From Eledone cirrhosa (Eukaryota): a DNA stretch of 64,000 nt. The notes under the pieces were generated by a model. It saw nothing but the letters and a program-made list of their open reading frames with translations, was not told the DNA's origin and made no database searches. The first letter of the stretch is position 1. Each line of letters starts with the position of its first letter. Below are positions 27,170 to 42,240 of the stretch, piece by piece. The stretch lies in assembly GCA_964016885.1 (NCBI GenBank), contig OZ024752.1, positions 37,510,001 to 37,574,000 of the forward strand, given 5' to 3'. The position numbers and the translations under genes were made by a program.

Positions 27170-27346
27170 TAATTGTTTCTACGTTAGGCACAAGGCCAGC
27201 AATTACCCAGTGTATTACTGGTACTTCATTTTATCGACCCCGTAAGGATGAAAGGCAAAGTTAACCTCGGCGGGATTTGAACTCAGAATGGCAAGGGCCG
27301 TAACTCTATGCGTCAAAGCATGGCGTCCGACCCTCTACCGATACTG
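27170..27346 (-). mobile_element. SINE family 1
   Basis: Reverse complement of the tRNA-like head and conserved core. Confidence 0.85.
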
Positions 27347-27347
27347 T

Positions 27348-27530
27348 AGACTATTAAAGGGAACAAAAAAGGAAGAAAAAAAGAGAAATGAAAAGAAGAA
27401 AAAGAAAAAAAGGATCAAGTAAGGAAAGAAAGAAAGAAAGGGGGAGCGACAGTCACTACACCCCAGTCTGAGCGGTGCCTCAGCTGCGCCCTGCAAACAA
27501 AATGGCAAAGGTGTTACCGCAGAGAACGGC
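27348..27530 (+). repeat. Unclassified dispersed repeat, inverted homolog at 62875-63050
   Basis: Shared actattaaagggaaca..aaggatcaag..gacagtcactacac..ccccagtctgagc..tgcctcagc..cgccctg. Confidence 0.7.
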
Positions 27531-27754
27531 CAGAGACACCCGCTACAACAGCCACTTCCACCTCACGGGGCTCCCTCCTCAAACCGGCCGCCGTCATTCC
27601 GATTTTACGGAGGAAATTAGCAGTGTGGGAACCAAGGGCGCCAGAGGAGACCCGTGGAAAGAGGAAGCGGTCGGTCAGGCCCTCTTGAGGAGGGCAACCC
27701 CGAGAGGTGGGGGGTGGCTATTGCAGCGTGTGTCGCTGGCCATTCTCACATCAC

Positions 27755-28765
27755 CTCCCACGCTAAACACACCACCACCCACACTACACACACACACACT
27801 CAACACACATCCTTCCACCACACTCAACACACATCACCCAACACTCCCACACACCCACACACTACACCCATCATCCCACATACACCCCCACCCCCCACAT
27901 AGACCCCCACCCCCCACACACATCCCCCCACAATATACACATCCCCCCCCACACTACCCCCCACAATACACACATCCTCCCCACACACCCACACACTACA
28001 CCCATCATCCCACATACACCCCCACCCCCCCACATACACCCCCACCCCCCACACACATCCCCCCACAATATACACATCCCCCCCCCCCACACTACCCCCC
28101 CACAATACACACATCCTCCCCACACACCCACACACTACACCCATCATCCCACATACACCCCCACCCCCCACATACACCCCACACACACACATCCCCCCAC
28201 AATATACACATCCCCCCCCACACTACCCCCCCACAATACACACATCCTCCCCACACACCCACACACTACACCCATCATCCCACATACACCCCCACCCCCC
28301 ACATACACCCCACACACACACATCCCCCCACAATATACACATCCCCCCACACTACCCCCCCCCCCCCACAATACACACATCCTCCCCTCACACTATACCC
28401 CCCACACACATCCCCCCACAATATACACATCCTCCCCCCACACACCCCCACACTATACCCCCCCACACCCACACTATACCCCCCCCCCCCTCCCCACAAT
28501 ATACACATCCTCCCCCCACACAACCCCCACACTATACCCCCCCCCACACCCACACTATACCCCCCTCCCCACAATATACACATCCTCCCCCCACACACCC
28601 CCACACTATACCCCCCCACACACACACACTACACCCCCCCACACACCCCCACACTATACCCCCCCCACACACACACACTACACCCCCACACACCCCCACA
28701 CTATACCCCCACACATACACACACACTACACCCCCCCACACACCCCCACACTACACACCCCCACT
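27755..28765. repeat. C/A-rich degenerate minisatellite (G-rich on the minus strand)
   Basis: Repeating ccccacaatatacacatcctcccc units with ~125-135-bp superunits. Confidence 0.9.
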
Positions 28766-29069
28766 TCCTACATCCTGTTCCTCTATCAACCTTTCCTTTA
28801 TTTATTTCATTTCCTCACTTCCGCAATTTTACCACGACTTAAACAATAAGACCCCCCCCCCCCATCTCTCTCTCTCTCTCACCGCCTCTTCTCTTTCTCT
28901 TACCCTCCCTCTCTCTCAAGAAAAAGAGATGTTGGTGTCCGAACTAGTTTTTGGCCCCCTTCAACAATAGTTGGGTGATAACATTAATCAGAGGGGGGGG
29001 GGAGGGAGGGGGAGGGTATAAATCTTGAGCGTATTTGGAACCCACTCATTTTCATAATATCTGTTATTA

Positions 29070-29852
29070 TAATTGTTTCTACTTTAGGCACAAGACCAGC
29101 AATTACCCCCAGTTCATTACTGGTACTTTATTTTATCGACCCCGTAAGGATGAAAGGCAAAGTCAACCTCGGCGGGATTTGAACTCAGATCGTAAAGGGA
29201 CGTAACTATGCTGGAAAGCATGGCGTCCGACCTTCTACCGATACTGCCAGTCCCATGATTTCTAGTATAGGCACAAGGCCATTAATTTTGGGGGAGGGGA
29301 AAGTCGATTAAATCGACCCCAGTACGTTATTAGTGCTTTATTTTATCGACCCCGTAAGGATGAAAGGCAAAGTTAACCTCGGCGGCATTTGAACTCAGAA
29401 CGTAAAGGGCCATAACTCTATGCTGCAAAGCATGGTCTCTGACGCTCTAGCGATACTGCCAACCCAGTAAAATCATTGTTTCTACTTTTGGCACAAGGCC
29501 AGCAATTACCCCCAGTGCATTACTGATACTTTATTTTATCGACCCCGTAAGGATGAAAGGCAAAGTTAACCTCGGCGGCATTTGAACTCAGAACGTAAAG
29601 GGCCATAACTCTATGCTGCAAAGCATGGTGTCTGACGCTCTAGCGATACTGCCAATCCAGTAAAATCATTGTTTCTACTTTTGGCACAAGGCCAGCAATT
29701 GCCCCCAGTGCATTACTGATACTTTATTTTATCGACCCCGTAAGGATGAAAGGCAAAGTTAACCTCGGCGGCATTTGAACTCAGAACGTAAAGGGCCATA
29801 ACTCTATGCTGCAAAGCATGGTGTCTGACGCTCTAGCGATACTGCCAACCCA
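29070..29852 (-). repeat. Four tandem SINE family 1 copies, the last three with ~195-bp period
   Basis: Near-identical units sharing the ggcggcatttgaactc variant. Confidence 0.9.
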
Positions 29853-31134
29853 GTACAGTAACGATGATGATATGCAGTTAACTAAAAACTTTTGATTATC
29901 TTTTACTATCTGAGTTCAAATCCCGCCGAGGTTGACTTTGCTTTTCATCCTTACGGGGTCGATAAAATAAAGTACCAGTAATGCACTGGGTAATTGCTGG
30001 CCTTGTGCCTAAAGTAGATACAATTATCTTTTACAGACACAGATCACTAACAGTTCCTAATATTGCAAATCTTTTCCAACTTCGTGAGCGATTCTTTCTA
30101 AATTTCTAATTCTGCCATTTTGTTTTGGTTAGATCTTTATACTGAAAAAAAAAATCAAAAAACAAACAAAACTATTTGCAAAATGTCTGTCAATTGTCTT
30201 TTGATACATAATGAATTAATTTGTGTAAGTAAGGTATTATTTAGTGCTGAGATAGTATGATAGTTAATTATCCATTTGATATTGACTGTAATTTACCTGT
30301 AATTATCAGAATATCAATAAAACCGGGAGGTAAATTAAACAGAACATGAATAAGACATGAATACAATTAGATCAGATTACAGAGAAAACATTAACCTTTG
30401 AATGAAAACATTAACCTTTTTGATACCAACCTACCTTTCGTTTTGTAAAACAAAACCTCGAATTTTAACACTTTTGATATCAATCTACCTCTGGTTTTAT
30501 GACACAAAGTGGTTTATATGTCTCTAAAAAAACCTTTCATGTTTATGTAAGAATAGTAGGCTGACATCGGAGGTTTATTGCTTATTCACAGAAAGATATG
30601 TTGCCTAAGGTTTTTTTTTTTTTTTTTTTTTTTTGCATACACTGCGCGGTCTACTGTCAACATTTGGTTTCAAACCGATAAAGGAAACATCAAAATATTC
30701 TCATCATTAGAATAAAAGCTGTCAACCCTTATCAAGTGAAATGTACTTCAGTATCGGCTTTTTCAGGAACTTCGTGATAAACAGTTTCAATGTCTACTGA
30801 TGCATGCAGAGTTACGATTGGCTACAAAAGTAATTGCTATTGTTGCTTGAGGAAACTTTAGGACACTTTTATGTCATTTCTGAAAGGTAAGCAGTTTGCT
30901 GAACAGCTGGTTGCTGCCAGGTGTCATATATTTTTTACCTGTATGTCAAAAGATTAATTTGCCGAACAAAGTTACAAGGAGAAAACTACTCTTATATCTT
31001 GATAAAAGCCTATTATTGCTCTTATTGGTAAACTGAAGCTACCTTTGAATAAGTCATGGTTGTAGTGTTGGAGGTGGCGGTGACACTGTTAACGTCTCAC
31101 CGCTACCATGACTACCAACGATATTTCTCCAATG

Positions 31135-31345
31135 GTTGACAGTATTGGTAGAGCGTCGGACAATATGCTTCGCAGCATAGAGTTACGGCCCTTTGCGTTC
31201 TGAGTTCAAATCCCACCGAGGTCAGCTTTGCCTTTCCTCCTTACGGAGTCGATAACATAAAGTACCAGTAATGCACTGGGGTCGATTTAATCGACTTTCT
31301 CCTCCCCTTCAAATTGCTGGCCTTGTGCCTAAAGTAAAAACAGTT
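31135..31345 (+). mobile_element. SINE family 1
   Basis: tRNA-like head, B box, conserved core and 3' tail. Confidence 0.85.
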
Positions 31346-31547
31346 ATTTTTCCAACTCAAGAAAGCGCTTAAATATAAGTTTGAAAGCAGAGGCAACAGA
31401 GAGGAGATCCAGTAAAATCCTGTCAACAAACTCTCCATACGGTTTAAATACACAGAAAGTCTCCAATTTCCAAATGGCTAAATGTCAAAAGAGGGGCACC
31501 CAGGAGTCATGACCTGGATGTGGCCTGACCCCACTTAGAGTGTAAGA

Positions 31548-31837
31548 CAGTCATGGGCAACCTGCGGCTGGCGAAGCTTTCTGAATGGCTCGCCTAAGTC
31601 ACCTATATGAAATTTTTCTGATTTTTTTTACCCAAACTTTTCAGTCGTAATTTATCTTTCTATCATTTTTACGATCGAGGAAAGCAACCTGTACGAACGA
31701 ATTCTGAAGTAACAAATCAAAACACCTGAGTTACCACCCTTTTTTTGTGGGCACGAATGTAAATTACGCTTGCGGTCCGCCTGATGATGAGCCATATCTC
31801 ATGCAACCCACTTCTCGAAAAAGGTTGCCCATGCCTG
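31548..31837. mobile_element. hAT-superfamily MITE
   Basis: TIRs CAGTCATGGGCAACCT / AGGTTGCCCATGCCTG with a perfect 8-bp TSD GTGTAAGA on both sides. Confidence 0.92.
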
Positions 31838-31995
31838 GTGTAAGATGCTAAGAGTTAAAAAACTTGTACGAGGGTGGAGCAGTCTTCTCTAAAGACCTTC
31901 TGTTGTCCAGCTCTCCTGATAGTTTCTTACTACTATCATGTGATTGTGTAGTTTCTGATTCTGGCACCGCAAGAAGATAGCCTTTCTGGGTATTT

Positions 31996-34900
31996 ACCTC
32001 ATGTTATTAATACTACAATATCTTCTCACGTTCTTAGTATCATATCTTATGTTTCTACCTAGTCATGTCCTGTGGACCTCATGTTATTAATACTACAATA
32101 TCTTCTCACGTTCTTAGTATCATATCTTATGTTTCTACCTAGTCATGTCCTGTGGACCTCATGTTATTAATACTACAATATCTCTTCACGTTCTTAGTAT
32201 CATATCTTATGTTTCTACCTGGTCATGTCCTGTGGACCTCATGTTATTAATACTACAATATCTCTTCACGTTCTTAGTATCATATCTTATGTTTCTACCT
32301 GGTCATGTCCTGTGGACCTCATGTTATTAATACTACAATATCTTCTCACGTTCTTAGTATCATATCTTATGTTTCTATCTGGTCATGTCCTGTGGACCTC
32401 CTGTTATTAATACTACAATATCTCTTCACGTTCTTAGTATCATATCTTATGTTTCTATCTGGTCATGTGATGTGGACCTCATGTTATTAATACTACAATA
32501 TCTTCTCACGTTCTTAGTATCATATCTTATGTTTCTATCTGGTCATGTGATGTGGACCTCATGTTATTAATACTACAATATCTTCTCACGTTCTTAGTAT
32601 CATATCTTATGTTTCTACCTGGTCATGTGATGTGGACCTCATGTTATTAATACTACAATATCTCTTCACGTTCTTAGTATCATATCTTATGTTTCTATCT
32701 GGTCATGTGATGTGGACCTCATGTTATTAATACTACAATATCTTCTCATGTTCTTAGTATCATATCTTATGTTTCTATCTGGTCATGTGATGTGGACCTC
32801 ATGTTATTAATACTACAATATCTCTTCACGTTCTTAGTATCATATCTTATGTTTCTACCTGGTCATGTGATGTGGACCTCATGTTATTAATACTACAATA
32901 TCTCTTCACGTTCTTAGTATCATATCTTATGTTTCTATCTGGTCATGTGATGTGGACCTCATGTTATTAATACTACAATATCTTCTCATGTTCTTAGTAT
33001 CATATCTTATGTTTCTATCTGGTCATGTGATGTGGACCTCATGTTATTAATACTACAATATCTCTTCACGTTCTTAGTATCATATCTTATGTTTCTATCT
33101 GGTCATGTGATGTGGACCTCATGTTATTAATACTACAATATCTTCTCATGTTCTTAGTATCATATCTTATGTTTCTATCTGGTCATGTGATGTGGACCTC
33201 ATGTTATTAATACTACAATATCTTCTCACGTTCTTAGTATCATATCTTATGTTTCTATCTGGTCATGTCCTGTGGACCTCATGTTATTAATACTACAATA
33301 TCTTCTCACGTTCTTAGTATCATATCTTATGTTTCTACCTGGTCATGTCCTGTGGACCTCATGTTATTAATACTACAATATCTTCTCACGTTCTTAGTAT
33401 CATATCTTATGTTTCTATCTGGTCATGTCCTGTGGACCTCATGTTATTAATACTACAATATCTTCTCACGTTCTTAGTATCATATCTTATGTTTCTACCT
33501 GGTCATGTCCTGTGGACCTCATGTTATTAATACTACAATATCTTCTCACGTTCTTAGTATCATATCTTATGTTTCTATCTGGTCATGTCCTGTGGACCTC
33601 ATGTTATTAATACTACAATATCTTCTCACGTTCTTAGTATCATATCTTATGTTTCTATCTGGTCATGTGATGTGGACCTCATGTTATTAATACTACAATA
33701 TCTTCTCACGTTCTTAGTATCATATCTTATGTTTCTATCTGGTCATGTGATGTGGACCTCATGTTATTAATACTACAATATCTTCTCACGTTCTTAGTAT
33801 CATATCTTATGTTTCTACCTGGTCATGTCATGTGGACCTCATGTTATTAATACTACAATATCTCTTCACGGTCTTAGTATCATATCTTATGTTTCTATCT
33901 GGTCATGTGATGTGGACCTCATGTTATTAATACTACAATATCTTCTCACGTTCTTAGTATCATATCTTATGCTTCTACCTGGTCATGTCATGTGGACCTC
34001 ATGTTATTAATACTACAATATCTCTTCACGGTCTTAGTATCATATCTTATGTTTCTATCTGGTCATGTCCTGTGGACCTCATGTTATTAATACTACAATA
34101 TCTCTTCACGTTCTTAGTATCATATCTTATGTTTCTATCTGGTCATGTGATGTGGACCTCATGTTATTAATACTACAATATCTTCTCACGTTCTTAGTAT
34201 CATATCTTATGCTTCTACCTGGTCATGTCATGTGGACCTCATGTTATTAATACTACAATATCTCTTCACGGTCTTAGTATCATATCTTATGTTTCTATCT
34301 GGTCATGTCCTGTGGACCTCATGTTATTAATACTACAATATCTCCTCACGTTCTTAGTATCATATCTTATGTTTCTATCTGGTCATGTCCTGTGGACCTC
34401 ATGTTATTAATACTACAATATCTCTTCACGTTCTTAGTATCATATCTTATGTTTCTATCTGGTCATGTGATGTGGACCTCATGTTATTAATACTACAATA
34501 TCTCTTCACGTTCTTAGTATCATATCTTATGTTTCTACCTGGTCATGTGATGTGGACCTCATGTTATTAATACTACAATATCTCTTCACGTTCTTAGTAT
34601 CATATCTTATGTTTCTACCTGGTCATGTCATGTGGACCTCATGTTATTAATACTACAATATCTTCTCACGTTCTTAGTATCATATCTTATGTTTCTACCT
34701 GGTCATGTGATGTGGACCTCATGTTATTAATACTACAATATCTCCTCACGTTCTTAGTATCATATCTTATGTTTCTATCTGGTCATGTCCTGTGGACCTC
34801 ATGTTATTAATACTACAATATCTCTTCACGTTCTTAGTATCATATCTTATGTTTCTATCTGGTCATGTGATGTGGACCTCATGTTATTAATACTACAATA

Positions 34901-37900
34901 TCTCTTCACGTTCTTAGTATCATATCTTATGTTTCTACCTGGTCATGTGATGTGGACCTCATGTTATTAATACTACAATATCTCTTCACGTTCTTAGTAT
35001 CATATCTTATGTTTCTACCTGGTCATGTCATGTGGACCTCATGTTATTAATACTACAATATCTTCTCACGTTCTTAGTATCATATCTTATGTTTCTATCT
35101 GGTCATGTCCTGTGGACCTCATGTTATTAATACTACAATATCTCTTCACGTTCTTAGTATCATATCTTATGTTTCTATCTGGTCATGTCCTGTGGACCTC
35201 ATGTTATTAATACTACAATATCTCCTCACGTTCTTAGTATCATATCTTATGTTTCTATCTGGTCATGTCCTGTGGACCTCATGTTATTAATACTACAATA
35301 TCTTCTCACGTTCTTAGTATCATATCTTATGTTTCTATCTGGTCATGTCCTGTGGACCTCATGTTATTAATACTACAATATCTTCTCACGTTCTTAGTAT
35401 CATATCTTATGTTTCTATCTGGTCATGTCCTGTGGACCTCATGTTATTAATACTACAATATCTCCTCACGTTCTTAGTATCATATCTTATGTTTCTATCT
35501 GGTCATGTCCTGTGGACCTCATGTTATTAATACTACAATATCTCCTCACGTTCTTAGTATCATATCTTATGTTTCTATCTGGTCATGTCCTGTGGACCTC
35601 ATGTTATTAATACTACAATATCTCTTCACGTTCTTAGTATCATATCTTATGTTTCTATCTGGTCATGTGATGTGGACCTCATGTTATTAATACTACAATA
35701 TCTTCTCACGTTCTTAGTATCATATCTTATGTTTCTACCTGGTCATGTCATGTGGACCTCATGTTATTAATACTACAATATCTTCTCACGTTCTTAGTAT
35801 CATATCTTATGTTTCTACCTGGTCATGTCATGTGGACCTCATGTTATTAATACTACAATATCTTCTCACGTTCTTAGTATCATATCTTATGTTTCTATCT
35901 GGTCATGTCCTGTGGACCTCATGTTATTAATACTACAATATCTTCTCACGTTCTTAGTATCATATCTTATGTTTCTATCTGGTCATGTGATGTGGACCTC
36001 ATGTTATTAATACTACAATATCTCTTCACGTTCTTAGTATCATATCTTATGTTTCTATCTGGTCATGTGATGTGGACCTCATGTTATTAATACTACAATA
36101 TCTTCTCACGTTCTTAGTATCATATCTTATGCTTCTACCTGGTCATGTCATGTGGACCTCATGTTATTAATACTACAATATCTCTTCACGTTCTTAGTAT
36201 CATATCTTATGTTTCTATCTGGTCATGTCCTGTGGACCTCATGTTATTAATACTACAATATCTCCTCACGTTCTTAGTATCATATCTTATGTTTCTATCT
36301 GGTCATGTCCTGTGGACCTCATGTTATTAATACTACAATATCTCTTCACGTTCTTAGTATCATATCTTATGTTTCTATCTGGTCATGTGATGTGGACCTC
36401 ATGTTATTAATACTACAATATCTTCTCACGTTCTTAGTATCATATCTTATGTTTCTACCTGGTCATGTCATGTGGACCTCATGTTATTAATACTACAATA
36501 TCTCTTCACGGTCTTAGTATCATATCTTATGTTTCTATCTGGTCATGTCCTGTGGACCTCATGTTATTAATACTACAATATCTCTTCACGTTCTTAGTAT
36601 CATATCTTATGTTTCTATCTGGTCATGTCCTGTGGACCTCATGTTATTAATACTACAATATCTCTTCACGTTCTTAGTATCATATCTTATGTTTCTATCT
36701 AGTCATGTCCTGTGGACCTCATGTTAGTAATACTACAATATCTTCTCACGTTCTTAGTATCATATCTTATGTTTCTATCTGGTCATGTCCTGTGGACCTC
36801 ATGTTATTAATACTACAATATCTTCTCACGTTCTTAGTATCATATCTTATGTTTCTATCTGGTCATGTCCTGTGGACCTCCTGTTATTAATACTACAATA
36901 TCTCCTCACGTTCTTAGTATCATATCTTATGTTTCTATCTGGCCATGTCCTGTGGACCTCATGTTATTAATACTACAATATCTCCTCACGTTCTTAGTAT
37001 CATATCTTATGTTTCTATCTGGCCATGTCCTGTGGACCTCATGTTATTAATACTACAATATCTTCTCACGTTCTTAGTATCATATCTTATGTTTCTACCT
37101 GGTCATGTCATGTGGACCTCATGTTATTAATACTACAATATCTTCTCACGTTCTTAGTATCATATCTTATGTTTCTACCTGGTCATGTGATGTGGACCTC
37201 ATGTTATTAATACTACAATATCTCCTCACGTTCTTAGTATCATATCTTATGTTTCTATCTGGTCATGTCCTGTGGACCTCATGTTATTAATACTACAATA
37301 TCTCTTCACGTTCTTAGTATCATATCTTATGTTTCTATCTGGTCATGTGATGTGGACCTCATGTTATTAATACTACAATATCTCTTCACGTTCTTAGTAT
37401 CATATCTTATGTTTCTACCTGGTCATGTGATGTGGACCTCATGTTATTAATACTACAATATCTCTTCACGTTCTTAGTATCATATCTTATGTTTCTACCT
37501 GGTCATGTCATGTGCCCTCATGTTATTAATACTACAATATCTTCTCACGTTCTTAGTATCATATCTTATGTTTCTATCTGGTCATGTCCTGTGGACCTCA
37601 TGTTATTAATACTACAATATCTCTTCACGTTCTTAGTATCATATCTTATGTTTCTATCTGGTCATGTCCTGTGGACCTCATGTTATTAATACTACAATAT
37701 CTCCTCACGTTCTTAGTATCATATCTTATGTTTCTATCTGGTCATGTCCTGTGGACCTCATGTTATTAATACTACAATATCTTCTCACGTTCTTAGTATC
37801 ATATCTTATGTTTCTATCTGGTCATGTCCTGTGGACCTCATGTTATTAATACTACAATATCTTCTCACGTTCTTAGTATCATATCTTATGTTTCTATCTG

Positions 37901-40900
37901 GTCATGTCCTGTGGACCTCATGTTATTAATACTACAATATCTCCTCACGTTCTTAGTATCATATCTTATGTTTCTATCTGGTCATGTCCTGTGGACCTCA
38001 TGTTATTAATACTACAATATCTCCTCACGTTCTTAGTATCATATCTTATGTTTCTATCTGGTCATGTCCTGTGGACCTCATGTTATTAATACTACAATAT
38101 CTCTTCACGTTCTTAGTATCATATCTTATGTTTCTATCTGGTCATGTGATGTGGACCTCATGTTATTAATACTACAATATCTTCTCACGTTCTTAGTATC
38201 ATATCTTATGTTTCTACCTGGTCATGTCATGTGGACCTCATGTTATTAATACTACAATATCTTCTCACGTTCTTAGTATCATATCTTATGTTTCTACCTG
38301 GTCATGTCATGTGGACCTCATGTTATTAATACTACAATATCTTCTCACGTTCTTAGTATCATATCTTATGTTTCTATCTGGTCATGTCCTGTGGACCTCA
38401 TGTTATTAATACTACAATATCTTCTCACGTTCTTAGTATCATATCTTATGTTTCTATCTGGTCATGTGATGTGGACCTCATGTTATTAATACTACAATAT
38501 CTCTTCACGTTCTTAGTATCATATCTTATGTTTCTATCTGGTCATGTGATGTGGACCTCATGTTATTAATACTACAATATCTTCTCACGTTCTTAGTATC
38601 ATATCTTATGCTTCTACCTGGTCATGTCATGTGGACCTCATGTTATTAATACTACAATATCTCTTCACGTTCTTAGTATCATATCTTATGTTTCTATCTG
38701 GTCATGTCCTGTGGACCTCATGTTATTAATACTACAATATCTCCTCACGTTCTTAGTATCATATCTTATGTTTCTATCTGGTCATGTCCTGTGGACCTCA
38801 TGTTATTAATACTACAATATCTCTTCACGTTCTTAGTATCATATCTTATGTTTCTATCTGGTCATGTGATGTGGACCTCATGTTATTAATACTACAATAT
38901 CTTCTCACGTTCTTAGTATCATATCTTATGTTTCTACCTGGTCATGTCATGTGGACCTCATGTTATTAATACTACAATATCTCTTCACGGTCTTAGTATC
39001 ATATCTTATGTTTCTATCTGGTCATGTCCTGTGGACCTCATGTTATTAATACTACAATATCTCTTCACGTTCTTAGTATCATATCTTATGTTTCTATCTG
39101 GTCATGTCCTGTGGACCTCATGTTATTAATACTACAATATCTCTTCACGTTCTTAGTATCATATCTTATGTTTCTATCTAGTCATGTCCTGTGGACCTCA
39201 TGTTATTAATACTACAATATCTTCTCACGTTCTTAGTATCATATCTTATGTTTCTATCTGGTCATGTCCTGTGGACCTCATGTTATTAATACTACAATAT
39301 CTTCTCACGTTCTTAGTATCATATCTTATGTTTCTATCTGGTCATGTCCTGTGGACCTCCTGTTATTAATACTACAATATCTCCTCACGTTCTTAGTATC
39401 ATATCTTATGTTTCTATCTGGCCATGTCCTGTGGACCTCATGTTATTAATACTACAATATCTCCTCACGTTCTTAGTATCATATCTTATGTTTCTATCTG
39501 GCCATGTCCTGTGGACCTCATGTTATTAATACTACAATATCTTCTCACGTTCTTAGTATCATATCTTATGTTTCTATCTGGTCATGTGATGTGGACCTCA
39601 TGTTATTAATACTACAATATCTTCTCACGTTCTTAGTATCATATCTTATGTTTCTATCTGGTCATGTGATGTGGACCTCATGTTATTAATACTACAATAT
39701 CTTCTCACGTTCTTAGTATCATATCTTATGTTTCTATCTGGTCATGTGATGTGGACCTCATGTTTTTAATACTACAATATCTCTTCACGTTCTTAGTATC
39801 ATATCTTATGTTTCTATCTGGTCATGTCCTGTGGACCTCATGTTATTAATACTACAATATCTCCTCACGTTCTTAGTATCATATCTTATGTTTCTATCTG
39901 GTCATGTCTTGTGGACCTCATGTTATTAATACTACAATATCTCCTCACGTTCTTAGTATCATATCTTATGTTTCTATCTGGTCATGTCTTGTGGACCTCA
40001 TGTTATTAATACTACAATATCTCTTCACGTTCTTAGTATCATATCTTATGTTTCTATCTGGTCATGTCCTATGGACCTCATGTTATTAATACTACAATAT
40101 CTTCTCACGTTCTTAGTATCATATCTTATGTTTCTACCTAGTCATGTCCTGTGGACCTCCTGTTATTAATACTACAATATCTCTTCACGTTCTTAGTATC
40201 ATATCTTATGTTTCTATCCGGTCATGTCCTGTGAACCTCATGTTATTAATACTACAATATCTTCTCACGTTCTTAGTATCATATCTTATGTTTCTACCTG
40301 GTCATGTGATGTGGACCTCATGTTATTAATACTACAATATCTCTTCACGTTCTTAGTATCATATCTTATGTTTCTATCTGGTCATGTCCTGTGAACCTCA
40401 TGTTATTAATACTACAATATCTTCTCACGTTCTTAGTATCATATCTTATGTTTCTATCTGGTCATGTCCTGTGGACCTCATGTTATTAATACTACAATAT
40501 CTTCTCACGTTCTTAGTATCATATCTTATGTTTCTATCTGGTCATGTGATGTGGACCTCATGTTATTAATACTACAATATCTTCTCACGTTCTTAGTATC
40601 ATATCTTATGTTTCTATCTGGTCATGTGATGTGGACCTCATGTTATTAATACTACAATATCTCTTCACGTTCTTAGTATCATCTCTTATGTTTCTATCTG
40701 GTCATGTGATGTGGACCTCATGTTATTAATACTACAATATCTTCTCACGTTCTTAGTATCATATCTTATGTTTCTATCTGGTCATGTGATGTGGACCTCA
40801 TGTTATTAATACTACAATATCTTCTCACGTTCTTAGTATCATATCTTATGTTTCTATCTGGTCATGTGATGTGGACCTCATGTTATTAATACTACAATAT

Positions 40901-42240
40901 CTCTTCACGTTCTTAGTATCATATCTTATGTTTCTATCTGGTCATGTGATGTGGACCTCATGTTATTAATACTACAATATCTCTTCACGTTCTTAGTATC
41001 ATATCTTATGTTTCTATCTGGTCATGTGATGTGGACCTCATGTTATTAATACTACAATATCTTCTCACGTTCTTAGTATCATATCTTATGTTTCTATCTG
41101 GTCATGTGATGTGGACCTCATGTTATTAATACTACAATATCTTCTCACGTTCTTAGTATCATATCTTATGTTTCTATCTGGTCATGTGATGTGGACCTCA
41201 TGTTATTAATACTACAATATCTCTTCACGTTCTTAGTATCATATCTTATGTTTCTATCTGGTCATGTGATGTGGACCTCATGTTATTAATACTACAATAT
41301 CTTCTCACGTTCTTAGTATCATATCTTATGTTTCTATCTGGTCATGTGATGTGGACCTCATGTTATTAATACTACAATATCTTCTCACGTTCTTAGTATC
41401 ATATCTTATGTTTCTATCTGGTCATGTCCTGTGGACCTCATGTTATTAATACTACAATATCTTCTCACGTTCTTAGTATCATATCTTATGTTTCTATCTG
41501 GTCATGTCCTGTGGACCTCATGTTATTAATACTACAATATCTTCTCACGTTCTTAGTATCATATTTTATGTTTCTACCTAGTCATGTCCTGTGGACCTCA
41601 TGTTATTAATACTACAATATCTTCTCACGTTCTTAGTATCATATCTTATGTTTCTACCTAGTCATGTCCTGTGGACCTCATGTTATTAATACTACAATAT
41701 CTCCTCACGTTCTTAGTATCATATCTTATGTTTCTACCTGGTCATGTGATGTGGACCTCATGTTATTAATACTACAATATCTTCTCACGTTCTTAGTATC
41801 ATATCTTATGTTTCTATCTGGTCATGTCCTGTGGACCTCATGTTATTAATACTACAATATCTCCTCACGTTCTTAGTATCATATCTTATGTTTCTATCTG
41901 GTCATGTCCTGTGGACCTCATGTTATTAATACTACAATATCTTCTCACGTTCTTAGTATCATATCTTATGTTTCTATCTGGTCATGTCCTGTGGACCTCA
42001 TGTTATTAATACTACAATATCTTCTCACGTTCTTAGTATCATATCTTATGTTTCTACCTGGTCATGTCCTGTGGACCTCATGTTATTAATACTACAATAT
42101 CTTCTCACGTTCTTAGTATCATATCTTATGTTTCTATCTGGTCATGTCCTGTGGACCTCATGTTATTAATACTACAATATCTTCTCACGTTCTTAGTATC
42201 ATATCTTATGTTTCTACCTGGTCATGTCCTATGGACCTCA
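31996..42240. repeat. 80-bp satellite array, ~128 monomers
   Basis: Monomer acctcatgttattaatactacaatatcttctcacgttcttagtatcatatcttatgtttctatctggtcatgtcctgtgg. One 1-bp register shift near 37515. Degenerate monomers continue to ~42400. Confidence 0.99.

Noticed and set aside
27475-28842. 455-aa Pro/His/Thr-rich extensin-like ORF
   Set aside because: It stays open because the C/A-rich strand rarely forms stops. It starts at GTG, and homopolymer length changes shift the repeat between frames.
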